From positions 768,001 to 832,000 of the forward strand of contig CAVXLD010000003.1 of the NCBI GenBank assembly GCA_963762565.1: a stretch of DNA of 64,000 bases, written 5' to 3'. Positions within the stretch are counted from its first letter, which is position 1; each line of letters opens with the position of its first letter. The stretch is from an uncultured Verrucomicrobiae bacterium (lineage in GTDB: Bacteria; Verrucomicrobiota; Verrucomicrobiia; Chthoniobacterales; JAFAMB01). The translations under genes were made by a program, and so were the position numbers. The notes below the pieces were generated by a model. It was not told where the DNA came from and did not search any database. It saw nothing but the letters and a program-made list of their open reading frames with translations. This document shows, in pieces, positions 41,623 through 51,765 of the stretch.

Positions 41623-42966
41623 TCACTGTTGCCGCCCGGCCGGATTCGAGGACGAGGACGACGACGAGAACGAAGCGCCCATCTCCTCTGCGGGTCCCGT
41701 TGTTCCACGCCGGCGGACTAGCACGGTTGCGATGAGACCGAGGACGGCGGCGGCCGACATCCAGAGACCAGGCGTTGCCTGGTTCCCGGTCGCTTTAATG
41801 AGAGACTCACAGATGGCCGGGGTAAAACCACCGAATAAGGCCGTCGCCAAACTATAAGCTAAAGAGAAACCGGCAGTGCGTACCTCTTCCGGCATGATCT
41901 CGGTCAAAGTAACCACCATGGCCCCGTTGTAGCTGGCGTATAGAAACGAAAGCCACAGTTCAACGATTAGAAGGCGGGTGAAGGATGGCTCAGCTATTAA
42001 CCAGAGCATGGCTGGATAGGCGGTTAGCAACGTCACTATCGTGGCGCCCGCCAAAATCGGGATCCGGCCGATCCGGTCCGACAGAGCTCCCATAATCGGC
42101 AACAAGATAAAATTTGAGAGGCCGACGCACAGGGTGACCGTGAGGTACGCCGTGGGGGCAAGGTGCAACTCGTGTTTACCGAACGTGGGTGTGTAGGCGG
42201 TGATCAGGTAGAAGGACACCGTGGTCATTGTGACCAGCATCACGCCGATTAGAACAATGCCCCAATTCCGCACCAGCGTTTTCCAGATCTCGCCCGCACT
42301 AGGACGATGTTTGCGAGCTCGGAATGCTTCGGTTTCGGGCAAAAACCGCCGGAGGACAAAAAGGACAGGGATGATCAGACACCCAATCATAAAAGGAATA
42401 CGCCAACCCCATTGATCCAGCGCCTCAGCTGGTAACAACGCTCCTAAGATGACGCCCAGAAGGGCGGTGAACATCACGGCGGCTTGTTGGCTAGCCGATT
42501 GCCAGCTCACATAAAATCCTTTATGTCCGGGAGTCGCCAGCTCCGCTAAGTAAACCGAAACACCGCCAAGTTCGACCCCCGCGGAAAAGCCTTGCAATAA
42601 CCGGCTACACAAGATCAACAAAGGTGCGGCCAGGCCGATCACGGCAAACCCGGGCAGGAAAGCTAAACCAAACGTTCCGACCGACATCAGCGCCAGAGTC
42701 AAAATAAGACCGGCGCGCCGGCCGTGGCGATCGATGTATGCTCCCAAAACGATGGCGCCGATCGGCCTCATCAGAAAACCGGCGCCGAACGTCATCAGTG
42801 ACAACATCAACGAAGCAAAATGGTCGCCGCTCGGAAAGAATGCTTCTCCAATGGAGCCGGCGAAATAGCCGAACACCATGAAGTCGTACATCTCCAAGAA
42901 GTTCCCACTCGAAACTTGGATGACGTTGAGAATCTGAGATTTTCGGGACGGGGCGGGGGAGGACAT
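41623..42966 (-). CDS. citA: MFS citrate/tricarballylate-proton symporter (CitA/TcuC family)
   Basis: SGNFLEMYDFMVFG, GFLMRPIGA, RLLQGFSAGVELGGVSVYLAE, SWQSASQQ. Confidence 0.88.
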   Translation of the reverse strand: MSSPAPSRKSQILNVIQVSSGNFLEMYDFMVFGYFAGSIGEAFFPSGDHFASLMLSLMTFGAGFLMRPIGAIVLGAYIDRHGRRAGLILTLALMSVGTFGLAFLPGFAVIGLAAPLLILCSRLLQGFSAGVELGGVSVYLAELATPGHKGFYVSWQSASQQAAVMFTALLGVILGALLPAEALDQWGWRIPFMIGCLIIPVLFVLRRFLPETEAFRARKHRPSAGEIWKTLVRNWGIVLIGVMLVTMTTVSFYLITAYTPTFGKHELHLAPTAYLTVTLCVGLSNFILLPIMGALSDRIGRIPILAGATIVTLLTAYPAMLWLIAEPSFTRLLIVELWLSFLYASYNGAMVVTLTEIMPEEVRTAGFSLAYSLATALFGGFTPAICESLIKATGNQATPGLWMSAAAVLGLIATVLVRRRGTTGPAEEMGASFSSSSSSSNPAGRQQ

Positions 42967-43434
42967 CGCTGCGCGAATTCTAAATAGCAAATAGCAGATA
43001 GCAAATTGAGGCAAGGGCGAAACCGCGAAACGGCGAATGGGCGCACCGGCGAATGGGCGAAGGGGCGAAAGGGCGATACAGCGAGGAGTCGAGCTAGCAT
43101 TGGTGGGGCGAGGCTCCCGAAAGGCCTCACCGGGTTTTGTGGAACGATTGGTATTCGAGTGACAAAGGAAGGTCGTACACCCTATGCGCGCCGAGCCGTA
43201 CCCAGCGCTGGACTACGGCTCGGCGCGCTTACTGGCCTGGCCCATCCGAGTCAACTGGTATCCGTTCATTTTCCCTGGTTGAATGTTGCGGCCTCCCGGG
43301 AGCCTCGCCCCACCAATATCGGGGCCGGCCTATCATCCCATTCGCCCTTTCGCCGGTGCGCCCATTCGCCGTTTCGCCTATTTCGCGGCGCTTGATCGCC
43401 GCGACATCATCCCTTTAATTGACCGCTTTGCGAC

Positions 43435-44661
43435 ATGGAGACCGAAACAGGGAGCAGTCAGGCAAGTGCGGCCTTACCTAGAACCGAGAATAAAACGATT
43501 TTCGCGATTCTCGTTGCCGCTAGCTTTTCGCATCTGCTTAACGACACGATCCAATCACTTATCCCTGCTATTTATCCTGTTCTGAAGGACACCTTTGATC
43601 TGAATTTCGCTCAGATCGGTCTGATCACTCTTACGTTTCAGATCACTGCCTCCATGCTGCAGCCGGTCGTGGGTCTGTACACAGATCATCGGCCGCAGCC
43701 ATTCTCGCTCACGATTGGAATGGGGTTCAGTCTAATCGGCCTGATTTGTCTCTCCGCGGCCAGCAGTTATTGGATGATTCTTGGAGCGGCTGCCTTGGTA
43801 GGACTAGGCTCATCCGTATTTCATCCCGAAGCGTCGCGCCTTGCCCGAATGGCCTCCGGCGGTCGTTACGGTCTCGCTCAGTCCTTGTTTCAAGTTGGGG
43901 GTAACACTGGGTCATCACTGGGCCCGCTTTTGGCCGCTGTGGTCGTAGGTATCCGAGGTCAAGGTAAGATTGCCTGGTTTTCGGTGCTTGCGCTTCTTGC
44001 CATCTTCATTTTGTTCAATGCCGGGCGCTGGTATCAAAGCAACCTTCTCCGTCTTAAAAGCGTGAGCCGGCGACTGGCTGACGGCGTGCATCTGTCTCGC
44101 CTAACCATCCTTTCCTCGCTGGCCATCTTGGTAGCACTGATTTTCTCCAAGTTTTTTTATCTGGCCAGTATCACCAGCTATTACACGTTCTATTTGATCG
44201 ATCGTTTCCATCTCACGATCCAGCAGGCCCAATTGATGTTGTTCCTATTTACATTTTCGGTCGCTGCTGGAACGATCGTCGGCGGTCCGGTTGGAGACCG
44301 TATCGGACGAAAATGGGTGATCTGGGTGTCGATTCTGGGGGTAGCCCCGTTTACCTTGCTGTTGCCCCGTGCCAACTTACCGATGACCGCGGTTCTCAGC
44401 GTCATCATCGGCTTTATCCTTTCGTCAGCCTTTTCTGCGATTCTGGTCTATGCTCAAGAATTGATGCCGGGAAAAGTGGGCCTGGTTTCCGGTCTCTTCT
44501 TCGGTTTCGCTTTCGGACTGGGCGGAATCGGATCGGCGGTGCTCGGCCAGCTCATCGATCTCACCAACATTCGATTCGTATTCCAGCTCTGCGCTTTCTT
44601 GCCTCTGATAGGACTGTTGACCGTTTTCTTGCCGAATATTGAGCGAAAGCGCCCGGCTTAG
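43435..44661 (+). CDS. fsr: MFS transporter, Fsr (fosmidomycin resistance) family
   Basis: SHLLNDTIQS, FHPEASR, AQSLFQVGGN, SKFFY, SAILVYAQEL. Confidence 0.9.
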   Translation: METETGSSQASAALPRTENKTIFAILVAASFSHLLNDTIQSLIPAIYPVLKDTFDLNFAQIGLITLTFQITASMLQPVVGLYTDHRPQPFSLTIGMGFSLIGLICLSAASSYWMILGAAALVGLGSSVFHPEASRLARMASGGRYGLAQSLFQVGGNTGSSLGPLLAAVVVGIRGQGKIAWFSVLALLAIFILFNAGRWYQSNLLRLKSVSRRLADGVHLSRLTILSSLAILVALIFSKFFYLASITSYYTFYLIDRFHLTIQQAQLMLFLFTFSVAAGTIVGGPVGDRIGRKWVIWVSILGVAPFTLLLPRANLPMTAVLSVIIGFILSSAFSAILVYAQELMPGKVGLVSGLFFGFAFGLGGIGSAVLGQLIDLTNIRFVFQLCAFLPLIGLLTVFLPNIERKRPA

Positions 44662-45029
44662 CATCCAGTCGTTCTCTGGGTGTTATCAGCGGGGTCGTCG
44701 GAGCTCGCCAGGTCCGGAATAGGAGATCAACAAGGTGTCCGAACGACTTTGTCCGGAGAGAGGGCTCCATTGCTTCCTGATCCATATAGAAACCAGCACT
44801 GAATAAAATATTCAGACCTTCGATAACAGAGCGCACATTCTTACGATCATAATGCTCGCTTTGCCGTCCCGGAAGAACTAGGTTTCTGGTTTGGCTTATC
44901 GTCCCTTTGTATCAGGGAATCGGGTGCCAATTTCATAGGCGGCAGCCTGCCCTGCTCCCCGTTTCAGTAGCAAAAGGATTTCTGTTCTTCTGTCCTGGCT
45001 GAATTCGAATCGATGCCACTTCCGACTGT

Positions 45030-48000
45030 ATGAGAGAGATCACTTCAGGTAGTACCACGAGAACGATCGATGTCTTGGTTGTTGCCGCCTCGGATGTACA
45101 AACAGAAAGTGCCATCACCGAACAAGTGCTTCGTTCGGTCGCCGCGGAGTTCGCTCTCCCGGTCCGCGTCTCTTACTCCAATCCATTCCGGGGGTCCAAG
45201 GAGGACGCTGCCGTCGGACCTGCAGATCTTCAGGATGAATCAACTCCGGTCGTTCTGCCTCTCTTTTGGGACGATCCGACGTCAGCAAGAGATGAGTTGG
45301 CGGAACCGGATCTAACCCAATATGACCTCATCATTTGGCTAGTGTGGTCGAGATTTTCATCCGTCCCGGTCGAGAAACAAATCTTGCCGAACGGCAGTCG
45401 CGCTGGGTTCGCAACGAATGGCGAAATCGATCCCGTCCTGGGTCAGGCGCACCGAATTTTTGACCCCAAGAAGTTACGCGTTTACCGAAATCGTGCGACT
45501 CCCGATTCGCTGCTCGAACCGAAAGAAGCACGAGAAGAGATGTGCCGGCAGTGGGACACGGTACAGGATTTCTTCGCCAGATGGGAGAATGAGGACGAAA
45601 TACAGTTTCGCGAGCGGTGCTATGGATTTCTAGGCTTGGAGGAATTCGCGAATTCGTTCCGACAGCATTTTCGCAATTTTCTGGTCCAGCGGTTAGACGA
45701 CGGAGTTGCCCCGAATAAACCGCCATTGCAAAACCGGCTTCGGCGCTCGAACCCTTTTCGAGGGCTGGACTTTTTTGATTTCGAACACGCTTCCTTTTAC
45801 TACGGGAGAACAAAAGCCATCGGGGAAGTGCTCGCTGCTTTAAAGAAGCAGGCGAAGGCAAAAAAATCTTTCGTGCTGGTGCTTGGTCCCAGCGGTTCGG
45901 GAAAGAGTTCCTTACTTCGGGCGGGCGTTCTTCCCCTGTTGACTCAGGGAGGTACTCCCGTAGGCCACGGCCCGTGGCGCCGGCTGATCATCCGGCCTGG
46001 CATAGGGGATCCTATCGATACACTGACCGCTGCTCTATCAGCGAAATTTGCTCTTCCAGAGCTTCCTGATCCCGCGGCGCCAGACGATTCGTTGAGTCTG
46101 GCGTCCCGATTGAGAAAAGACCCGGAAAAAGCGGCTTCTCGGATAGCAGAGGTGTTGGGAAAGTCGAAGCTGCGGCTGGCGCTCGTTGTGGATCAACTGG
46201 AGGATTTGTTCATCGGGGTTTCGCCGGTGCTGCAGCAGAAATTTATCGCCGCGCTGTCGGCGTTAGCTCATTCTGAGGGAGTCTATGTTATCGCTGCATT
46301 GCGCACCGAATTTTACGCGCATTACCAGCGGTTCCCTGAATTGGCAAACCTGACTTCCGGTGGCGGAATGTATGAACTTCCAATGCCGGCAGAGCACGAG
46401 ATCGCCAACCTGATCCGGTTGCCCGCAGAGGCTGCAGGTCTGCATTTCGAACGGGACTCTAAAACAGGTCGGGGCGTGGACGAGTCCTTGCTCAATGGAG
46501 CGTTGAACAGCGCCGATCGGCTACCTTTGCTGGAGTACGTACTTTCAAGATTATACGATAAACAGCTCGAACGAAAAGACGGGGTGGTGCTTTGGTCTGA
46601 TTATACGCAATTGGGCGAATTCAAGAATGCGTTAGCGCAACATGGAGAGTTCGTCTACTTAACGTTGAATCCCGATGAACGGCAGGTTTTTAAGCTCCTG
46701 ATTCGCCAATTGCTGGCGCCTGGCGCCGCCAAGGAAAACGTCTTACGTCGGCGGCCGGTTCCCTACCACGATCTCGTTTCATCGCCCCAGTTTAATGATC
46801 GCCAGAGCGCTGCGGCCAGAGCGGTAATTGATCGTCTGACTAACGAGGGACTGTTGAACGCCGATACTGATTCAAAACACTGCCGATTAATCAGTCTCCC
46901 CCAGGACGCGTTGCTTAAAAGCTGGCCAAGGCTATCGCGGTTGTTGTCTGAAGACCAACAGTTTTTTAGGATGCGCGATCGGCTGGATGAAAGCCTAAGG
47001 CTTTGGCTCAGTCGAGGGAAGCACGGTCATCACTTGCTCTACGACCGAGTCGCCTTGGCCGAAGCGGCGACATTGGTCAGAGATTTCGGCGCGGAACTAA
47101 GCAAAAATCAGTTAGACTACATTCGTAGGAGCCTCGCCAAGCAAAAGCGACACGGTGGGACGCGAATTTATCTCGGGCTGGCAGCGCTGGTCGTTTTTGG
47201 CCTTTTTGCGGCAATCCTGGCTGCCCAACGATTCAACTCGGCCAATCCCGGCAATCAAGCCAAGCTAGAAGTCCAAGCGGCTCAACCGAATAAGCATCTT
47301 GGTAGCGAAGACACGACCGCACTGGAAGCACGGCTAAAGGAGGCAGAAGAGAAGGTACAATTGGCCCAACAGAATGCGGAACTCGCCAATCAAGAGCGCG
47401 CTGCTTTGGAAACGGAACTGAAGACGGCAGGGGACCAGTTGAAGCAACTGCAAGACGCCGAGTTGAGTGATAGCAACGGGAAGGCACTGCAAGCTCAACT
47501 GAAGGAAACAGAGGAAAAGCTGAAGCAGGCCCACGCAAATTTTGAAGATACATCCAGTCAGCTTACCGCCTTACAGGTCCAACTGAAGCAGGAGCAAGAC
47601 AAAGAGCAAAAAGCCCAAGCAAATGCCGATTCGTTAACGAGTGAACGGAACGCCCTGCAAAACCAACTCAAGGCAACCCAGGGAAAGCTTGAGCAAGCCC
47701 AGACAAATTCGGGCGATACCGCCGGCCAGCTTAGCGCTTTGCAGGCACAACTGAAGCAAGAGCAAGACAAAGAGCAAAAAAACCAGGCTAATGCCGATTC
47801 GTTAACCAGTGAGCGGAACGCCTTGCAAAACCAACTCAAGGCGACCCAGGGAAAGCTTGAGCAAGCCCAGACAAATTCGGGCGATGCTGCCGGCCAGCTT
47901 AGCGCTTTGCAGGCACAACTGAAGCAAGAGCAAGACAAAGAACAAAAAGCCCAGGCAAATGCCGATTCGTTAACCAGTGAGCGGAACGCCTTGCAAAACC

Positions 48001-50099
48001 AACTCAAGGCGACCCAGGGAAAGCTTGAGCAAGCCCAGACAAATTCGGGCGATGCTGCCGGCCAGCTTAGCGCTTTGCAGGCACAACTGAAGCAAGAGCA
48101 AGACAAAGAACAAAAAGCACAGGCAAACGCTGATTCGTTAACTAGTGAACGGATCGCTTTGCAAAACCAACTCGAGGCAACCGAAGAAAAGGCGAAGCTA
48201 GCCCAGGCTGATTCGGGGGATGCAGCCGGCCAGCTTAGTGCTTTGCAGGCGCAACTGAAGCAGGAGCAAGACAAAGAGCTGAAAGCGTACGTAAACTTGA
48301 ATTCTTTGACGAGCGAGAGAGACGCTCTCCAAAATCAGCTGGACCAAGCCGAAGCCCGAGCTTTGCTCGCACAGCAGAACGCCGACCTTGTTAACAGCCG
48401 GCGGAGCGAGGTGGAGACCGAGCTCGAGCAGGCAAACGAGAAGTTGAAGCAAGCCCAGGCAAATTCTGGTGATGCAGCCAGCCAGCTTAGCGCCTCGCAG
48501 GCGGAACTGAAACAGGAACAAGTCAAGGAGCAAAAAGCCCAGGCAAACGCTAATTCGTTAACTAGTGAACGGAACGCCCTGCAAAACCAACTTAAGGCTA
48601 CCGAAGAAAAGCTGAAATTAGCCCATGCGAATTCGGGTGACGCAGCCGGCCAGCTTAGCGCTTTGCAGGCACAATTGAAGCAGGAGCAGGACAAAGAACA
48701 AAAAGCACAGGCAAACGCTGATTCGTTAACTAGTGAACGGATCGCTTTGCAAAACCAACTCGAGGCAACCGAAGAAAAGGCGAAGCTAGCCCAGGCTAAT
48801 TCGGGGGATGCAGCCGGCCAGCTTAGCGCTTTGCAGGCGCAATTGAAACAGGAGCAGGAGAAGGGAAAGAAAGCGCAGGCAAATGCGGATTCTTTGACAA
48901 GCGAGCGGAACGCCCTGCAAAGCCAACTTAAGCAAGCCGAAGCTAAAGCATCGTTAGCACAACAGAACGCTGATCTTTTTAGCAGGCAGCGCAACACGGT
49001 AGAGACCCAGCTTAAGGAGGCGCAAGAGAAGCTGACGCAAGCCCAGGATGATTCTGACGCTACGGCTAACCAGTTTAGCGCTTTACAGGCGCAACTAAAA
49101 CAGGAGCAGGACAAAGAGCAGAAAGCTCAGGCGAACGCCGATTCTTTGACGAGCGAGCGGACCGCCCTGCAAAGCCAACTCAGGCAAGCGGAAGCCAAAG
49201 CAGTGTTAGCACAACAGAGCGTTGACCTTGTTAACAGCCAGCGCAGCGCGCTTGAGACGCAGCTTAAAGAGGGAGAAGAGAAGTTCAAGCAAGCCCAGGT
49301 GAATTCTGGCGATACCTCTGGTGAGCTTAGCGCTTTGCGGGCGCAACTAAAACAAGAGCAGGACAAACTAAAACAAGAGCAGGACAAAGAGCAGAAAGCT
49401 CAGGCGAATTTGGATTCATTGACTAGCGAACGAAACGCCCTGCAAAGCCAGCTCAAGCAAGCGGAAACCAAGGCGCTGCTAGCGCAACAGAATGCCAATC
49501 TCGCAAACAGCCAGCGGAGTGCGCTGGAGGCCCAGTTCAAGGATGCCCAGGAGAGGCTGAAGCAGGCCAACGCGAGTTCTGGCGATACAGCTGGCCAGCT
49601 CAGGGCTTTGCAAGCTCGGCTGTACTCGTCGCAACAGGCCTCTCCGACGCTATCGCCGTCCACTAGCTCATCCGACACGGCAAATCCTCCAGAGTCGCCA
49701 TCCAGTCGAAATGGCGAAGCCTCCGGGAATGCGGAGCCGTTGAAAGAGTTTGTTCTGGGGTATCTGCGAACGGTGGCAAGCGATGATACATCAGTGCAGC
49801 GAGGATATTTTGCGGATCGGGTCAGTTTTTACGGAAGAGGCGTTCTTGATACAGCGAGTCTCGAGGCCTCCACGGAGGAGTACCATCGTGAGTGGCCCAT
49901 CCGAGAATGGACGCCTCGGGGAGAAGCTACCGTAGAGCGTTCTAGCCACCGAGGTCGATTTATTGTCCATCAACCGTTCCGCTGGGTAGTCTCTGACGGC
50001 TCCCGGCACGCCCAGGGGAACGCAACGCTCTACCTTCTGATCCAGCAAGATTCTCAGGGCGAGCTCAGGATCATGAACGTCCATCAACTCGACCGCTAA
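45030..50099 (+). CDS. DUF4062-like + STAND (nSTAND1-like) NTPase + TM + tandem-repeat coiled coil + NTF2-like domain protein
   Basis: NPFRGLDFF..YGR, Walker A GPSGSGKSSLLRAG, Walker B LVVDQLEDLF, LPLLEYVL; TM IYLGLAALVVFGLFAAILA; repeated QLSALQAQLKQEQDKEQKAQANADSLTSERNALQ. Confidence 0.88.
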   Translation: MREITSGSTTRTIDVLVVAASDVQTESAITEQVLRSVAAEFALPVRVSYSNPFRGSKEDAAVGPADLQDESTPVVLPLFWDDPTSARDELAEPDLTQYDLIIWLVWSRFSSVPVEKQILPNGSRAGFATNGEIDPVLGQAHRIFDPKKLRVYRNRATPDSLLEPKEAREEMCRQWDTVQDFFARWENEDEIQFRERCYGFLGLEEFANSFRQHFRNFLVQRLDDGVAPNKPPLQNRLRRSNPFRGLDFFDFEHASFYYGRTKAIGEVLAALKKQAKAKKSFVLVLGPSGSGKSSLLRAGVLPLLTQGGTPVGHGPWRRLIIRPGIGDPIDTLTAALSAKFALPELPDPAAPDDSLSLASRLRKDPEKAASRIAEVLGKSKLRLALVVDQLEDLFIGVSPVLQQKFIAALSALAHSEGVYVIAALRTEFYAHYQRFPELANLTSGGGMYELPMPAEHEIANLIRLPAEAAGLHFERDSKTGRGVDESLLNGALNSADRLPLLEYVLSRLYDKQLERKDGVVLWSDYTQLGEFKNALAQHGEFVYLTLNPDERQVFKLLIRQLLAPGAAKENVLRRRPVPYHDLVSSPQFNDRQSAAARAVIDRLTNEGLLNADTDSKHCRLISLPQDALLKSWPRLSRLLSEDQQFFRMRDRLDESLRLWLSRGKHGHHLLYDRVALAEAATLVRDFGAELSKNQLDYIRRSLAKQKRHGGTRIYLGLAALVVFGLFAAILAAQRFNSANPGNQAKLEVQAAQPNKHLGSEDTTALEARLKEAEEKVQLAQQNAELANQERAALETELKTAGDQLKQLQDAELSDSNGKALQAQLKETEEKLKQAHANFEDTSSQLTALQVQLKQEQDKEQKAQANADSLTSERNALQNQLKATQGKLEQAQTNSGDTAGQLSALQAQLKQEQDKEQKNQANADSLTSERNALQNQLKATQGKLEQAQTNSGDAAGQLSALQAQLKQEQDKEQKAQANADSLTSERNALQNQLKATQGKLEQAQTNSGDAAGQLSALQAQLKQEQDKEQKAQANADSLTSERIALQNQLEATEEKAKLAQADSGDAAGQLSALQAQLKQEQDKELKAYVNLNSLTSERDALQNQLDQAEARALLAQQNADLVNSRRSEVETELEQANEKLKQAQANSGDAASQLSASQAELKQEQVKEQKAQANANSLTSERNALQNQLKATEEKLKLAHANSGDAAGQLSALQAQLKQEQDKEQKAQANADSLTSERIALQNQLEATEEKAKLAQANSGDAAGQLSALQAQLKQEQEKGKKAQANADSLTSERNALQSQLKQAEAKASLAQQNADLFSRQRNTVETQLKEAQEKLTQAQDDSDATANQFSALQAQLKQEQDKEQKAQANADSLTSERTALQSQLRQAEAKAVLAQQSVDLVNSQRSALETQLKEGEEKFKQAQVNSGDTSGELSALRAQLKQEQDKLKQEQDKEQKAQANLDSLTSERNALQSQLKQAETKALLAQQNANLANSQRSALEAQFKDAQERLKQANASSGDTAGQLRALQARLYSSQQASPTLSPSTSSSDTANPPESPSSRNGEASGNAEPLKEFVLGYLRTVASDDTSVQRGYFADRVSFYGRGVLDTASLEASTEEYHREWPIREWTPRGEATVERSSHRGRFIVHQPFRWVVSDGSRHAQGNATLYLLIQQDSQGELRIMNVHQLDR
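47480..49620 (+). repeat. Intragenic tandem repeat, 84/168-bp period
   Basis: ccaactcaagg recurs at 47663, 47831 and 47999 (168 bp = 56 aa); sub-units of 28 aa (4 heptads). Confidence 0.95.
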
Positions 50100-50144
50100 C
50101 CGATTTGCCGCTAAGGCCCCCAAGAAAGGGAAAAGGGAAAAGAG

Positions 50145-50180
50145 AAAAAAGGCGGCCCGAAAGGGCCGCCTTAATTTTTT
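50145..50180. terminator. Bidirectional intrinsic terminator
   Basis: aaaaaa-ggcggccc-gaaa-gggccgcc-ttaatttttt between convergent genes. Confidence 0.9.
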
Positions 50181-50210
50181 GATTCGAACACGCTTAGGGA
50201 TGCTAGCCGC

Positions 50211-50792
50211 CTACTGGTGGCCGCCCCACTTCTTGCCGCCCCACTTCTTGCCGCCCCACTTTTTCGTCTCAGCGCCTCCCCATTTACCGTGATGGGTCTC
50301 CACGCATGGAACAACTTCGGGGCGAACCAAGCGGCCGTCATCGAGAACGGCTGCGTATAGCTTTTGGTGGTCACCCCCAACTACGCCAGTCATTTCGACC
50401 AGGTAATAAGGGGTCGGTCCCTCGACGCGCTCCACATGGGTCGGATGCACCCATGCGGCGTTATAGAAACCTCCAGGAGTTTTCGAACCCAGGTTGGTTA
50501 AGGAATTTGGATAGTTGGAAACACCGGACGGCTTGTCAAACTCTAGCAGACCGCCAGCCCAACCCACCGCAGCCACTTCTGCCGACCCTGGATTAACCGT
50601 GGTCAACTTGCTGTAGGCCACGTCCGGATCGATCAGAGCACTAGGTTTCGGGGTGATTCCTCCAGGAACCTCTAGCGAATAACATTGGGTACCACTGTCG
50701 CTCCGGACCGCGAATGTTACCGCAAAGGCCTTGGAGGTGAACAGGGAAGCAGCAACCAGAATTGCGCCAAAACAGAATGTGGATGCCTTCAT
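50211..50792 (-). CDS. Hypothetical secreted protein with C-terminal KKWGG repeats
   Basis: Signal peptide MKASTF..AFA; tail GKWGGAETKKWGGKKWGGKKWGGHQ. Confidence 0.8.
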   Translation of the reverse strand: MKASTFCFGAILVAASLFTSKAFAVTFAVRSDSGTQCYSLEVPGGITPKPSALIDPDVAYSKLTTVNPGSAEVAAVGWAGGLLEFDKPSGVSNYPNSLTNLGSKTPGGFYNAAWVHPTHVERVEGPTPYYLVEMTGVVGGDHQKLYAAVLDDGRLVRPEVVPCVETHHGKWGGAETKKWGGKKWGGKKWGGHQ

Positions 50793-51054
50793 TGAGTAGA
50801 AGAGTGTATCATTGTTGATCTCAGATTGGAAGCCTGTTGAACCAATCAAATGAGCAAGTTACGAGGGAAAATTGAAGCGTTGCTGACATGTAACGCGCAT
50901 TTCGCGGTTCACGGTTCGCTGTTTTCCGTTCGCGGTCCGCGTGGAAAGACGTGAACCACGCCACGATCGGAATTGTCAATGACCGCGACGCGTTTGTGCA
51001 GATACTAAAAGCGTAGATTGCGAACAGTGAACTGTGCACCGTGAACTCCAAGCC

Positions 51055-51366
51055 GTGCGTCTAGCAATCGAAGAACTGATTCAAAAATGGCTCGCGGAAA
51101 ATCCAAATGAGCGTTTGCCCGGCGCTGGGCAGCCACTTGATTTGGATGAATACTTTCGCTGGCCTGAAGATCTGCGTTTGGCCTATTCGCTCCTCAGAAA
51201 CTCAGGACATGTACCTGAGGAAGTCGAACTTTTGCGCGAGATCGGTCGGTTAAAGCAGCGCCTGGCGGAATCAAACGACGAGTTGAGCAGAAAAGAATTG
51301 CGCACCCGTATCCAGGAACAGGAGGTAGCGCTCAACATCAAGCTCGAACGTCACCGGAAGAGGTAG
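51055..51366 (+). CDS. DUF1992 (DnaJ family-associated) domain protein
   Basis: IEELIQ..LPGAGQPLDLD..PEDLRLAYSLLRNSGHVPEEVELLREI. Confidence 0.85.
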   Translation: MRLAIEELIQKWLAENPNERLPGAGQPLDLDEYFRWPEDLRLAYSLLRNSGHVPEEVELLREIGRLKQRLAESNDELSRKELRTRIQEQEVALNIKLERHRKR

Positions 51367-51765
51367 TGTTTGCGAATGGGCGAGTGGGCGAAACGGCGAA
51401 GGGGCGACACGCGTGGAGCGCTGCCTCGCTTGCGAGGCCGATCGTAAGCAAGGCGAGATCGTGAAGCGCAAACCCACCGCCTACAAGTGCCCTGTGCAAG
51501 GACAGGGAACCCGCTCTGAGTGGATAACAACCGCCGGCGAATTCAGGGATGCCTGCGTTTAGCACGACAAGGCGCAGACAGATAACAGGCGGACCGCGCG
51601 ACCACCCTTGCTACCATCGGCCTCGCAAGCGAGGCAGCGCTCCACGGATCGCTTTCCGCATCGCCCCTTCGCCCAATCGCCGTTTCGCCCATTCGTTCGC
51701 TCGCTCGCCGATTCGCCTCACAGTTGCGTCTCCGGGCAAGGAATGCGATTGCGAATGCTTACGCC

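Noticed and set aside
47558..49678. Long Cys/Ser/Ala-rich minus-strand ORFs
   Set aside because: Antisense shadows of the coiled-coil repeat.
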